From positions 1 through 42,884 of IMG/VR virus record IMGVR_UViG_3300045988_069332: a stretch of DNA of 42,884 nt; one strand, 5' to 3'. The position numbers and the translations under genes are program-made. Shown in pieces: positions 6,368-16,032 of this stretch (its first letter is position 1; every line of letters starts with the position of its first letter). Source of the stretch: a virus. The notes under the pieces were generated by a model. That model worked only from the letters and a program-made list of their open reading frames with translations, was not told the DNA's origin and made no database searches.

Positions 6368-7222
6368 TTATGCCACCACCTTAATCTTGATGTGGATCGC
6401 CGTTTTCGGCTTCGCCGAGGATGTGAAGGTGATCTTCCCCGCGCCGCAAACGGCCTTGAGGATCAGTCCGAATGCATCCTGCGCGTCGCTCATGTCGTCC
6501 AACGTGGTCAGGCCCGTCATGTCCACATCCACAAAGGGCGTGTCACTGCCGAGGATGCCAGCGAGGGTCACCTCCTGCGTGTACGGCCCGGAACCAGTCC
6601 ACCCGGCTACGGTCAGGGTGGCGCTGTATTCCGTCACGTTCACCTTTTCCACGCCATCATAGACGGCTTGCAGGTTCGCTTCCAATTCCGCCAGAATGGC
6701 GTTGTACTGGCTCTGCAGCACGCTGGTGTCGATGCCCGTCACGCCGTCGCGCATCAGGCCGCAGACGGTTTCGTCCAGCCGCTCGTCGGTGATGTTGCCC
6801 GCGTTGATGGCCGTCGCGCCCGCCGCCACGGCGATCTGTGCCACGCTGATTTCATAGGCCGACGCGTCACGCTGCAGGGCGGGAGCCGCAGGAGAGGCCG
6901 CCGCCGTGCCCTTCTTGATGTAGGCGTAGCATTTGTTGTTCAGCATTTCCAGCCGGATGCACACCCGGTCGATGCGCTTGTACTGCGCGTCCGCCAGCGT
7001 CACCGTCAGGGCCTTTCCAACGGTGTTGCCGTACACGCATCCCGCAAAATCCGCATAATGCAGCCACGCAATGCCCGTCCCCAGCGTGACCGCCATGGTG
7101 CCGTTGGCCGTCACTCCCAGATGGGTGCCCGCGTAAACGCCGCTTTGCCGGGTAGCAAACCACAGCTGCGCGTCCTCCGCCGTGTAGGCCGTGTTTTCAA
7201 GTGGAAAACTCTTTTCAGCCAT
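6368..7222 (-). CDS. Tail fibre/baseplate structural protein (284 aa)
   Basis: Lies between the Gp37-like and glycine-rich genes. Start and stop overlap the neighbouring genes. Confidence 0.55.
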   Translation of the reverse strand: MAEKSFPLENTAYTAEDAQLWFATRQSGVYAGTHLGVTANGTMAVTLGTGIAWLHYADFAGCVYGNTVGKALTVTLADAQYKRIDRVCIRLEMLNNKCYAYIKKGTAAASPAAPALQRDASAYEISVAQIAVAAGATAINAGNITDERLDETVCGLMRDGVTGIDTSVLQSQYNAILAELEANLQAVYDGVEKVNVTEYSATLTVAGWTGSGPYTQEVTLAGILGSDTPFVDVDMTGLTTLDDMSDAQDAFGLILKAVCGAGKITFTSSAKPKTAIHIKIKVVA

Positions 7223-8261
7223 TTTTTACGATCTCTCCCTTCACATAATTCAAGGGCTTGTCGCCGATCACTACTTTGATCGTCTCCACCCCTTGCCGGT
7301 TCTCGTATTGATATTCCGTTATCCGCGCGTCAAAGCGCAGGCCGTAGCGCTGGCTTTTGCAAGTCACCTTGTCCCCCAGATCGCAGCGGTGACCGAACTC
7401 ATTCGCCGATAGCTCGCATTCAAAGCACAGGGCGTTTTTATGCTCCTGCAGGGCCTTGATGCCGATCTGCTTCTGCCGTTTCTGCCAATCGGGGTTGGTC
7501 TCGTCCTCGCCCTGATCCTCGCCCGTCACCAGCAGCTCCCGCCGCTGGGCCGCTCCCATCGCGATAGCCTCCGGGGACACATACTCGTAATACACGGTGC
7601 GCGGGTCGTTGTTGGCCGCGCCGGTCACCAGCGCCACGTTCTTGTATACGTCGTCGTCCTCGCTGACGGTCAGCTGTTTCAGATTCCCATATTCTTGAGA
7701 AAACACCACGCCGCCCACGCCGTCCTTGTACGTGCGGTCGGCCCCTTCGTAGACCTCGATCACGTTGGTCTTGTTCGCCAGGTCGAAGTTCGCCCTGATG
7801 CCGTATTCCGTCTGGCCCAGCACTTCTTCCGCCGCTTCCAGCAGGTCTTCTCCTTCGATCTCGCATTCGTACTCCGCCGTCAGCCCCTTCACGGAGGCGG
7901 TGGTGACGTTGAGCCAGCGCAGCTCGGCGTTTATCATGCCATACACGGCGCTTTCCACGTTGGTCACGCTGTACGCGTGAGCTATCGTCCGCCATGTCAG
8001 CAGGTGCAAGGCCGTGTACCCGCCCGCCGTGATGGTGTTGGCCTCCGTGTCCCGCTTGACGCTGATGATCAGCATGGCGGCGGGGCGGTCGGCCCGGTAT
8101 AGATACCAGCCGCGCCGAAGCAGCCCAGCGTATTTGTCGGTGTCGTACACTTCCAGCGTAAACCCGCCCTTGTCCGTGTACTGCTCCGTCCATGTCAGGT
8201 CGATCCAGTTCTCGATTTGGCCCCGATACACAAAGTCCGAATCAAATACATGCAGGATCAT
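7215..8261 (-). CDS. Tail-associated protein, siphovirus ReqiPepy6 Gp37-like (348 aa)
   Basis: Lies directly after Dit. N-terminus MILHVFDSDFVYRGQIENWIDLTWTEQYTDKGGFTLEV is typical of that family (recognised by eye). Confidence 0.6.
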   Translation of the reverse strand: MILHVFDSDFVYRGQIENWIDLTWTEQYTDKGGFTLEVYDTDKYAGLLRRGWYLYRADRPAAMLIISVKRDTEANTITAGGYTALHLLTWRTIAHAYSVTNVESAVYGMINAELRWLNVTTASVKGLTAEYECEIEGEDLLEAAEEVLGQTEYGIRANFDLANKTNVIEVYEGADRTYKDGVGGVVFSQEYGNLKQLTVSEDDDVYKNVALVTGAANNDPRTVYYEYVSPEAIAMGAAQRRELLVTGEDQGEDETNPDWQKRQKQIGIKALQEHKNALCFECELSANEFGHRCDLGDKVTCKSQRYGLRFDARITEYQYENRQGVETIKVVIGDKPLNYVKGEIVKNG

Positions 8262-8264
8262 CCG

Positions 8265-9116
8265 CTACACCCCCGCATAGGCCGGGCGGAAACTGATGGA
8301 TGCCCGCAGCGTGTCGCCGCCCTGATCCGCGTCGGTCTTGATATGGTTCTGGCCGGGCTGCAGCTTAAAGGGCACAGACGCGATATCCAGATACTGGAAC
8401 CCGTCGCTCTCGGTGCCGTCCGTCGCCGTCAGGGTCACGGACAGCTCCTCCCCTTCGTTGCTGATGGTCACCTGCTCCCCGGCGGCCATTGTCCGCATCA
8501 CCCGAACCATTTCGCCGGTCACGATGTTCTTCACATAGGGGTTTTTCGCTTCCAACAGGGCGAGGAAAGTCACCGTCCATCCAACGGGCGCTTCGCCCTC
8601 GTTGTTGACGGTCACATAGCCCACTTGGGCCAATTTGGACATGTAGAAGGGGTTTGGGTCGGAAATATTCCACGGGAACTGGAACTGCGGCTCGTAGCCC
8701 ACCAGAACTTTGTTTTTCCGCTCCGCGTCCCGCCAATAGGGGAAGGGGGCATACAAGGAAAAGCTGAACTTCGCCCCGTAGGGCTGGCGGTCGATATCCG
8801 GCGAGGACTTGACGTAGACTTCAAGCTCATACGCATCGTTATAGATGATCCGCCCCTTTGCCAGCGGGGCCAGCACATGGTTCAGTTGCTCTCGCAGCCC
8901 GTCAGACTTCCCGTTGATCGAGCCTTTGAGGGTGATCGTTTTCGGGCTGACGTTCTGGTGCTGCAGCACTTCGCCGATCTCCCGGTTGGACTTCGTGGTC
9001 TGAAACTCCACGTTCTGCGCCCCGTAGGACGTGACCTTTTCGATGTACGCGCCCGGTGCGCCGCTGTTGAACGTCACGCTGCCGATGTCGTTTTCATACC
9101 GCACCTTTGGGATCAT
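8265..9116 (-). CDS. Distal tail protein (Dit) (283 aa)
   Basis: ATG at 9116 is ATGA-coupled to the tape measure stop, with a GGAGGTGG RBS. Position is canonical. Confidence 0.7.
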   Translation of the reverse strand: MIPKVRYENDIGSVTFNSGAPGAYIEKVTSYGAQNVEFQTTKSNREIGEVLQHQNVSPKTITLKGSINGKSDGLREQLNHVLAPLAKGRIIYNDAYELEVYVKSSPDIDRQPYGAKFSFSLYAPFPYWRDAERKNKVLVGYEPQFQFPWNISDPNPFYMSKLAQVGYVTVNNEGEAPVGWTVTFLALLEAKNPYVKNIVTGEMVRVMRTMAAGEQVTISNEGEELSVTLTATDGTESDGFQYLDIASVPFKLQPGQNHIKTDADQGGDTLRASISFRPAYAGV

Positions 9117-11083
9117 CCGCGCCACCTCCAATCATCCACGGCGTTCCGCACGGCCTGTGCCACTTCGTAGGGGTTATTGGTATTCCCGCTGATATTGATC
9201 GTCAGGTTGACGGGCTGCTCCGTCTGCACGGGCATGGCCCCGATTCCGGCCAGCGACGGCATTCTTTCGCCGCGCCAGATTGCCGCCTGCGAGGCCGTCA
9301 GGACGGCTTCGTTCTCATGCAACCGGGCCTTGAAACCATCATAGGGGACGCGAGGAAGTCCCCTTGCAAAGTGCCCGCCGCCTGCTCCACTATCTGAAAT
9401 TCCAAATACGGCATTTACTTTTAATGAAAGATTGTCCAAAAAACTTTGAAGCGCATTTTTTGATTCCGGGTCAGCTTCGACCAACGCCTTGCCGTTCAGG
9501 TCAAACCCGTCAATGTCCGATTGCATATTGCTTTCAGAATCATCCGTTGGTTCTATTTCCACTTTGGCCGGGTCGAACGTCAGCGTTTCCAGCAAAGAGC
9601 GCCCGCTTTCTTTCTGTTTCGTTGCCGAATCGTTCAAAGCGCCGAGAGGATCGCTGCTGATTTTATCGACATCAACGCCAAGCTCCCGCATTTTTTCTTC
9701 GCCGTTTTTCCACGATTCCATAGCGGCGACCAAGGCGACGATTGCTGTAATGTACGGATGCGCGGCAGCAGTACAGGCAATGAAAGCAAACGCGACCGTT
9801 TTCAAAATGGCCTGCACGGTATCGCCATTTTCAACTGTCCATTCCAAAAAGCCAAGAAAAGCATCAAGGCCATCCACTGCCACGTCACCGATGGAAGAAA
9901 CAAGTTGCCCGATCTGCTCCTTGTTTTCCCCAATCCAGCCGGAAAAGCTTTCAATGACGGGGGCAAATTTTTCCTGTATCTCCGCCATCTTCGTGGTGAT
10001 CGTGTTGCTTACATCGTCCCAGTCAGGAAGTTCAATGTTGAATTTTGCCTTGAATTTTTCCTGAATGATGGGGTATACGGTATTGGCCCATTCGTCAGAA
10101 ATGGTTGAACCGATGCCACGAATCAGGCTTCCGACATTTTTCAAAAAGCCGGGGAATAGCTTGCCGACATTTTTCACGACGTTTTTCGCGGAAGCGGTCA
10201 AATTGTCGAACAGCTTATCAATATCCGCGTTCCCGTCTGCAAGCCCCATCACCAGATTTTCCCACGCGGCTTTCGTGGCGTTCCAGCTACCGGAGATCGT
10301 CTCGGCTGCTTCCGCCTGCGTGGTGCCCGTAATGCCCATTTCCTCCTGAATAACATGGATGGCTTCGATAACGTCGTCAAGGTTCTTGATATTGTACTTT
10401 TGGCCGGATAGCTTCTGCGCGTCCTTGAGCAGCCGTTTCATTTCCGATTGGGTGCCTCCATAGCCCAATTTTAAGTTATCCAGCATGGTATAATTCTGCT
10501 TTGCAAAGCCCTGATAGGCGTTCTGGATACTGGACATATCAGTTCCCATCTTGTTTGCATTGTCCGACATATCCAAAATAGCGGTGTCGGTCAGTTTCGC
10601 CGCCGCTTCTGTATCTCCGCCAAGGCTGGAAACCAGCGAAGCCGCAAAGCTGGTCGCCATATTCATGTACTGGTTTGCAGAAACGCCCGCCGTCTGGTAC
10701 GCCTTTTTGGCATTGGCAAAGACAGTCCCTTGGGCGTTCATAAGCTGGTTATATTTGCCCTCAACTTCTTCTACACTTTTTCCAACGTCCGCAGCGTACT
10801 GTTCCAGATTTTTACCGCCAGTCCCGAACAGCGTTTCCACGCCGCCGACAAGCTGCTCATATTCCGCATAGCCGCTGATAGATGCCTTTGCCAAAACACC
10901 TAAAGCGGCTGCTCCGGCTGTGGCTCCTTTTACGACAGTTTTTCCAACGGAAACGGCTTTTTTCTCGATGTTCTTAAAGGTTTTTGCCAGCCCGCTTGCG
11001 TTAAAGGAAACCTTGTCGATTTTTTTATTTGCCTCTTCGGCGTTGATTGCTATACGCCCGTATAGTGTGAAAAGGTCTGCCAT
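9113..11083 (-). CDS. Tape measure protein (656 aa)
   Basis: Long helical protein immediately downstream of the G/GT chaperones, with central hydrophobic segments. Confidence 0.85.
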   Translation of the reverse strand: MADLFTLYGRIAINAEEANKKIDKVSFNASGLAKTFKNIEKKAVSVGKTVVKGATAGAAALGVLAKASISGYAEYEQLVGGVETLFGTGGKNLEQYAADVGKSVEEVEGKYNQLMNAQGTVFANAKKAYQTAGVSANQYMNMATSFAASLVSSLGGDTEAAAKLTDTAILDMSDNANKMGTDMSSIQNAYQGFAKQNYTMLDNLKLGYGGTQSEMKRLLKDAQKLSGQKYNIKNLDDVIEAIHVIQEEMGITGTTQAEAAETISGSWNATKAAWENLVMGLADGNADIDKLFDNLTASAKNVVKNVGKLFPGFLKNVGSLIRGIGSTISDEWANTVYPIIQEKFKAKFNIELPDWDDVSNTITTKMAEIQEKFAPVIESFSGWIGENKEQIGQLVSSIGDVAVDGLDAFLGFLEWTVENGDTVQAILKTVAFAFIACTAAAHPYITAIVALVAAMESWKNGEEKMRELGVDVDKISSDPLGALNDSATKQKESGRSLLETLTFDPAKVEIEPTDDSESNMQSDIDGFDLNGKALVEADPESKNALQSFLDNLSLKVNAVFGISDSGAGGGHFARGLPRVPYDGFKARLHENEAVLTASQAAIWRGERMPSLAGIGAMPVQTEQPVNLTINISGNTNNPYEVAQAVRNAVDDWRWRG

Positions 11084-11130
11084 TCCGTATCACCTTCTTT
11101 TTAGTGCTGCGTTTTATGCCGTTTTTTCCA

Positions 11131-11159
11131 TTGTTTTCTCTTTATCACCGCCTTATAAT
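11131..11159 (+). promoter_or_regulatory. Sigma-A promoter (TTGTTT-17-TATAAT) for the plus-strand moron
   Basis: TTGTTT at 11131-11136 and TATAAT at 11154-11159. Lies 22 nt before the ATG at 11181. Confidence 0.6.
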
Positions 11160-11180
11160 CTTCCAAAAGGAGGCTTCCAC

Positions 11181-11639
11181 ATGAAAAAAAGGGTTCTTTT
11201 TGTTTTGATTCTTCTTTGCGTTACCTTGTCAATGCCCGCGTTTTCGTCGGCGAATGAATCGGAAGACTTGCAGCTTGCCGTTGGCCTGATCGAACGAACC
11301 ATCAAAAAAGAGGGATACTCTTTCTATTGTGTTTCATACGATGAAGCGGGAATCTGGGTAAGCGTTGCGGAAGACGGAAAAGCCGAAATGATTGCCTCTG
11401 CGAAAGAAAACGGTTATAGTGAGGAATCGTGGGAAAAATCCAGAGAATCCGTACTTTCCGTTTGTGAATCGCTTTACGGATTTGTTCGCAATACGATGGA
11501 CATAAAAGACAAGATTCTTGGCTTTTACTTTCTGGATGATACAGACCATTCCAACGTAATTATCGCCGCTATGGGTTTCGGCGGTGAATCAAGAATCATA
11601 TATGATGTGCTGAAAGACGAAGCTACAGCAGAACCATAA
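11181..11639 (+). CDS. Secreted protein moron (152 aa) with signal peptide
   Basis: AAAGGAGG RBS. MKKRVLFVLILLCVTLSMPAFSSA/NE signal peptide. AT-richer than its flanks. Opposite strand to the surrounding tail operon. Confidence 0.8.
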   Translation: MKKRVLFVLILLCVTLSMPAFSSANESEDLQLAVGLIERTIKKEGYSFYCVSYDEAGIWVSVAEDGKAEMIASAKENGYSEESWEKSRESVLSVCESLYGFVRNTMDIKDKILGFYFLDDTDHSNVIIAAMGFGGESRIIYDVLKDEATAEP

Positions 11640-11641
11640 AA

Positions 11642-11667
11642 GGGAACGGCCCGCGCCGCTCCCTTTT
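11642..11667 (+). terminator. Terminator after the moron (possibly bidirectional)
   Basis: Stem gggaacggc/gccgctccc (one mismatch) followed by TTTT. Confidence 0.65.
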
Positions 11668-11669
11668 CC

Positions 11670-12077
11670 TTATCGCACATTCCCGCGCCCGGCGTTCCTG
11701 TACCTTACATTCAGCCCCGCGTCAATGGCCGGGGTCACCTCACCACACGCCGGAAGGAAAGCGTTCAGGATGCTTTCCGATTCCGCTACAATGCTTTGTA
11801 CTTCTTCCTGCGTTGGTGCTGCGTTCTTTTCCGGGTCGATGCTGTTCACGAAATCGGGGTAGGACTTGTCAAATATACGATGCAGCCAGACTTCCCAAAT
11901 GACCTTTTCCCGCTGCTCGTCGTTGTATCGCTTGACCAGTCCTTCCACAAACTCGCACAGCTTCCCGGCCCGGATCATTCCGTCCATCAGGGGATAGGGG
12001 TTGGCATACCTGCGGAAGATGAGGTCGAAAAAATCCTGCTCGTTCAGCTGCGCGATCTGAAGACCTGCGTAAAAAAA
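11670..12077 (-). CDS. Tail assembly chaperone, -1 frameshift extension (T part of the G-T fusion)
   Basis: The -1 frame is open from the slippery site to the stop at 11670. The predicted fusion reads ...DEFADFF|YAGLQIAQLNEQDFFDLIFRRYANPYPLMDGMIRAG... Confidence 0.7.
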   Translation of the reverse strand, partial: FFYAGLQIAQLNEQDFFDLIFRRYANPYPLMDGMIRAGKLCEFVEGLVKRYNDEQREKVIWEVWLHRIFDKSYPDFVNSIDPEKNAAPTQEEVQSIVAESESILNAFLPACGEVTPAIDAGLNVRYRNAGRGNVR

Positions 12078-12436
12078 TCCGCAAACTCGTCCTTCTGCAG
12101 AACATCCATGACCATCCCTGCGAAGGTGCCCATGGGAAGATCAGCGATCTCCTGTTCCTTCATGCCGGAGAGGGAGGCAAGAAACTGGTACAGCTCCTTC
12201 CGGCATTCCGGCAGGCGTTCCACTACCAGCGAGGCCACATCTAACATGATCTGCATTCCCACGGTGGCGGCCAAGCCGCTTTCCTGTGCATCCCCAGCGT
12301 CCGCAATGGCTTTGCGCACGGTCTCGCCGTCAAAGCACTTTTTCAGCTCGCTCAGTCCAATTTTGTTAATGATGCGCAGCACCGAAAACAGGTCGTCCGC
12401 CTTCAGCATCCGCAGGGTATAGGTCTTTTCGTTCAT
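12044..12436 (-). CDS. Tail assembly chaperone (gpG-like, 130 aa)
   Basis: Lies between the major tail protein and the tape measure. AGGAGGAG RBS. Carries the slippery site near its 3' end. Confidence 0.75.
   Translation of the reverse strand: MNEKTYTLRMLKADDLFSVLRIINKIGLSELKKCFDGETVRKAIADAGDAQESGLAATVGMQIMLDVASLVVERLPECRKELYQFLASLSGMKEQEIADLPMGTFAGMVMDVLQKDEFADFFTQVFRSRS
12071..12077 (-). other. Programmed -1 ribosomal frameshift site T_TTT_TTT
   Basis: Minus strand reads gcg gaT TTT TTT acg in the zero frame, 8 codons before the G stop. The downstream -1 frame is open. Confidence 0.7.
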
Positions 12437-12452
12437 TTTTGTTTCTCCTCCT

Positions 12453-12487
12453 AAAAAATCATGGGGCGGATGGCGTTCATCCGCCCC
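12453..12487 (-). terminator. Hairpin/partial terminator after the major tail gene
   Basis: 10-bp stem ggggcggatg/catccgcccc. A T6 run begins 4 nt after the stem on the minus strand. Confidence 0.55.
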
Positions 12488-12496
12488 GTTTTCCCC

Positions 12497-13096
12497 TTAC
12501 GCCCCAGGGGTGGGGTAGTAGATGTGCCACGGCAGGGTGTCCGCCTCGAGGGTCAAATCCGCGTAGCACTCAAAGGTCAGCGTAGGCGTGGCAACCTCCT
12601 TGTTCTGGGTCTCCACTTCCCAGCCGGAGGTGCACAGCGCATAGTCGAATACCACGATGATCGGGGTGCCGTCCAGCCGCTTGCCCACAAAGCCAAGGTT
12701 CTGCACATAGTCGCCGGTTTTGATCATCCCACGGGATTTCAACTCCGTGTAGCCGGTGGCCTTTTCGGAAACCGCCTCGTCCGCAATGACGGTCTTTTTG
12801 ATCAGGTCGGGGGTCTGCTCCACGGGCTTGATCTCCATGGTGGCGGTCTCGCCCACCTTCACGGCCAAGTCCCTGATCTTCACCAGCGCCCCGTCCACGG
12901 GCACGTCGTACAGCTCCTTGGTAATGCTCACCTTGCTGCCGCCGTTGGTAGCGCACAGCAGGGATTCCGCAAAATTCCACGTCCCGGCCTTAAACTCAAG
13001 GCCTGCGTGTACCGTGCCAGCGCCGAACAGGACGTTGCCCGGCGTGGCCTCCGTAATGCCGGAGGACTTAAATTCGTCGCCCAAAGCCATATTCAT
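12497..13096 (-). CDS. Major tail protein (199 aa)
   Basis: Canonical position upstream of the chaperones. ATGA-coupled to the preceding gene. Confidence 0.75.
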   Translation of the reverse strand: MNMALGDEFKSSGITEATPGNVLFGAGTVHAGLEFKAGTWNFAESLLCATNGGSKVSITKELYDVPVDGALVKIRDLAVKVGETATMEIKPVEQTPDLIKKTVIADEAVSEKATGYTELKSRGMIKTGDYVQNLGFVGKRLDGTPIIVVFDYALCTSGWEVETQNKEVATPTLTFECYADLTLEADTLPWHIYYPTPGA

Positions 13097-13506
13097 TTCT
13101 TCCTTTCACTCAATAGATAGTAGTGGATTTCATAGGACACCCGCCCGCCGACAATGTCTCTGTCCTCGGGGTCTGTTTCGTAGGACAGAAAATTGCTGCC
13201 GTTGGGGCAAAGCACGGCATAGCCATCCCCAACGGGGAGAACGGTTCCCTCCTGGGGGATGGCCGCCTCTACGGAATCCAGAAAGTCGGCGGCATCCGCG
13301 TTGACGTTTCCGCCGCTTTCGGCCTTGAACCAGCCGAACGCCGTCAAGATATTGCCGCTTAAAAAATCCCCTTTCACCACCTCAAAGGTGATGTAGGGGA
13401 ATGGGGTCTTCGGCGGCACATGGCCGGAGAGATACGCCGGGATGGGCTCCCCGCCGGAGGAAAAGCCGCTCCAAAAGGTATACAGGGCCTTGTGAAAACC
13501 CGTCAC
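13093..13506 (-). CDS. Tail terminator/completion protein (DUF3168-like, 137 aa)
   Basis: GTG start with GTGA coupling and a GGAGGTGG RBS. Lies immediately before the major tail gene. Confidence 0.55.
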   Translation of the reverse strand: MTGFHKALYTFWSGFSSGGEPIPAYLSGHVPPKTPFPYITFEVVKGDFLSGNILTAFGWFKAESGGNVNADAADFLDSVEAAIPQEGTVLPVGDGYAVLCPNGSNFLSYETDPEDRDIVGGRVSYEIHYYLLSERKK

Positions 13507-13841
13507 GGCTCCACCACCTCCGCAGTCACTTGGCTGTATTGCACCTGCGCCACGCCGGGGGTGGTCATGTCGGCGCTGTTGGAGGTAACGCGGTAGATTC
13601 GCCCATCCTTCTTCCGCTTCACGCGGTCGTCCTTTTCCAGCGTCAGCGTGACAGGGTGGACAATGGTGTAGATGGCCTTCATGCCGTTTTGCATGGCGAT
13701 CTGAGCCTCATTGGAGCTGTTGGTGGTGATGCCCGCCTGAAACTCCGCGCCGTCGCTCAGCTCCCATGTCAGGCCGCCGAAGCCGTCCGGGGCGCTTTTC
13801 CAATCCTGCATCACAAAGGGTTCGAAGTAGTCCGTCAGCAT
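13503..13841 (-). CDS. Head closure / head-tail joining protein (112 aa)
   Basis: Size, position and beta-rich sequence are typical of HK97 gp9 / SPP1 gp16-type proteins. Confidence 0.55.
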   Translation of the reverse strand: MLTDYFEPFVMQDWKSAPDGFGGLTWELSDGAEFQAGITTNSSNEAQIAMQNGMKAIYTIVHPVTLTLEKDDRVKRKKDGRIYRVTSNSADMTTPGVAQVQYSQVTAEVVEP

Positions 13842-14269
13842 CAGACCATCACCTCACTCGTAAGCCGCTGGTAGTCATTCAGCCGCCCGGCAAAGGCCCC
13901 CTGCCAGCCAGCCGCTCCGGTCACGCTGCCCGCGCTTCCACGGCTGTAGGAATAGCTGCCGAAGCTCTCCGACTGCAGCGCCCCGATGGGGTTTTTGTCG
14001 TCGTAGGCGCTGATCTCTTCCGCCAGCGCCACGAAAGCGGCGGGCGGGGATAACACCCACACCCGCCCGGTGAACGTTTCGTCGGTCAGCTCGTCACCGA
14101 CCTGATGCACCCCGTCGTTATAGGCGCTGCCGCGAATGGCGATATAGCGGCCATGGGCCAGCGCCGGAGTGATGAGCTGGCCGCCCTCGATGGTGATCTC
14201 GCCGTCGTAGCTGCCCGTCTCAAAGTAGTTGCGGCAGTGCCGCATGACGCTGCCCATGGATACCGCCAT
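13841..14269 (-). CDS. Head-tail connector/adaptor candidate (142 aa)
   Basis: First gene after the capsid gene. GGGAGGGA RBS. Confidence 0.45.
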   Translation of the reverse strand: MAVSMGSVMRHCRNYFETGSYDGEITIEGGQLITPALAHGRYIAIRGSAYNDGVHQVGDELTDETFTGRVWVLSPPAAFVALAEEISAYDDKNPIGALQSESFGSYSYSRGSAGSVTGAAGWQGAFAGRLNDYQRLTSEVMV

Positions 14270-14283
14270 ATGCTATCCCTCCC

Positions 14284-15339
14284 TTAGCCCTTGGAGTAGA
14301 TACGGGCAATCGGGATCGCCTTGGTATCGATGTAGGACTTGGAGGACGCGCCGTCGTTGACCAGCGTCCAGTTCGCGGCCTTTTCCAGATCGGCGTTGGT
14401 GGGGCTGGCGCTGGCCATGGAGGACTTGGTAAAACTGAAACCGTAGGGGGCCCACAGCTTCCGCTGGCGGCTGTAGATCATGCTCTTACCGCCCTTGCTG
14501 GCGGGGTCGCGGTCGGGTTCATAGGGCACAGTCGCGCCGATGTCGCAGTAGTCGAAAGCATCCCGGCCCAGCAGGTAGGTGGTGTACTTGGTGTAGCCGT
14601 CGCCCTTGCCGGAGCTGCTTTCCGCCACGTCCTCGGTAGGAACATCGTCGTCGATCATGACGGTGCGGCCGTTCCAAGTGGCAAGGCCCACGTCACGCTG
14701 CAGGCCGTTCGCGTCGGTGGCCTTGAAATATTCCAGCAGCTGCAGATTCTCAAGGTGGGTCGCCACGGCGCTGTGCATGATGGCGAGGGTAAAGATGTTC
14801 TTGTTCGCACCGGCGGCCTGCTGGATGGCATTGTTGAGGGTGTCCGCCGCCATCTTGCCTGCAGAAGCGGTGTTGCCGGTCGCGTCATAGGTATTCTTGG
14901 TGTTAAAGCTGCCCGCGGTCACGCCGAAGATGCCCTTGAGGATGGAGAGCAGGATACCCTGATCCACATCATCCCAGTACTCGGAAATCTGGGTAGCGGC
15001 CTTCTCAAGGAAATCCTGGCCGGTTACGTCGGTGGAGAAATCCAATTCCTCCCAGCCCTTGGCACGGCCCACGACCACCATGGACTGACTGTAGGTCTTG
15101 GTGCTGCTGCGGGTGATGTCCGTCGCGCCGTCATAGTTGACGGGGTCGCCGCCGATGCGGCCGAACATGGGCAGGGTTATGTAGTTACCGCCGGTCTGCT
15201 CGGCCAGCATGGTCTTCAGCTCACTGCGGGTGCGGAAGACACCCGCCCGCAGGAGGGCGTTCTGCTTTACCCGGGGAATGGTATCCACATACTTGCCGAA
15301 TACCTCGGCGTTGAAAATTTTGTTGTCAAAAACAGCCAT
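14284..15339 (-). CDS. Major capsid protein (HK97-fold type, 351 aa)
   Basis: Follows the scaffold gene. AAGGAGA RBS. N-terminus MAVFDNKIFNAEVFGKYVDTIP. Confidence 0.85.
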   Translation of the reverse strand: MAVFDNKIFNAEVFGKYVDTIPRVKQNALLRAGVFRTRSELKTMLAEQTGGNYITLPMFGRIGGDPVNYDGATDITRSSTKTYSQSMVVVGRAKGWEELDFSTDVTGQDFLEKAATQISEYWDDVDQGILLSILKGIFGVTAGSFNTKNTYDATGNTASAGKMAADTLNNAIQQAAGANKNIFTLAIMHSAVATHLENLQLLEYFKATDANGLQRDVGLATWNGRTVMIDDDVPTEDVAESSSGKGDGYTKYTTYLLGRDAFDYCDIGATVPYEPDRDPASKGGKSMIYSRQRKLWAPYGFSFTKSSMASASPTNADLEKAANWTLVNDGASSKSYIDTKAIPIARIYSKG

Positions 15340-15358
15340 GTTTCATTCTCCTTTTCGA

Positions 15359-15988
15359 TTAGTCGATTAATTCTTTCTGTTGCTCCGGGTGCGCATTGAT
15401 GTATTCCATGCGCTTGGATAGGGGCAGCTTTTCGAAGCTCTCACGGGTCATTTTCCCGTCACCGCCGGGGGGATTCAGGGGCGGGGTGCCCTGATTCTGC
15501 ACCGTTCCAAACAGGCCCGCGTGGGCCTCCCGGATGGGCTTCAGGACTGCTTCCGCGTCCTTGAGGGCGTCGCCGTCCAGCTCCACCTCGTCCAGCTTCA
15601 CGGTGTTCAGCATCAGGTCGATGGCGGCGGGGTTGGCGTTGGCGGCTTCCAGCGCCTTTTTGATGAGCGCCTTCTTGCCCGCGTTGGTCTTCTCCGTCTC
15701 TACCTGCTGCTTGTAGGCATCAAAGTCGGCCTGTACCTTGGCCGCGTCGCCGCTGGTCTTTTGGAGGGCTTCATAGTAGGCCTTGTACTTATCCCGCTCT
15801 CGGGTCAGCTCGTCCGCCTTGTCGGCCCTCGCTTTGTACTCGTCCATCTGCTCCCGCAGCGCGTCCAGACTGGACGAATTGCCGTCGAGGATATACTCCA
15901 CGGCCTTCTGGATGTTTTCCTCGGATACGCCCCACTCTTGGAGTTTTTCCTTCAACTGTTTTTTTGGTAGTGCCATGACACATTTCAT
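15359..15988 (-). CDS. Scaffolding protein (GP20-like, 209 aa)
   Basis: Charged helical protein directly upstream of the capsid gene. The start may instead be the ATG at 15976. Confidence 0.75.
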   Translation of the reverse strand: MKCVMALPKKQLKEKLQEWGVSEENIQKAVEYILDGNSSSLDALREQMDEYKARADKADELTRERDKYKAYYEALQKTSGDAAKVQADFDAYKQQVETEKTNAGKKALIKKALEAANANPAAIDLMLNTVKLDEVELDGDALKDAEAVLKPIREAHAGLFGTVQNQGTPPLNPPGGDGKMTRESFEKLPLSKRMEYINAHPEQQKELID

Positions 15989-16032
15989 TCCTTTCTGGTG
16001 GGCGCTCTGCCCGAAATGCTTTTATATGCAAA

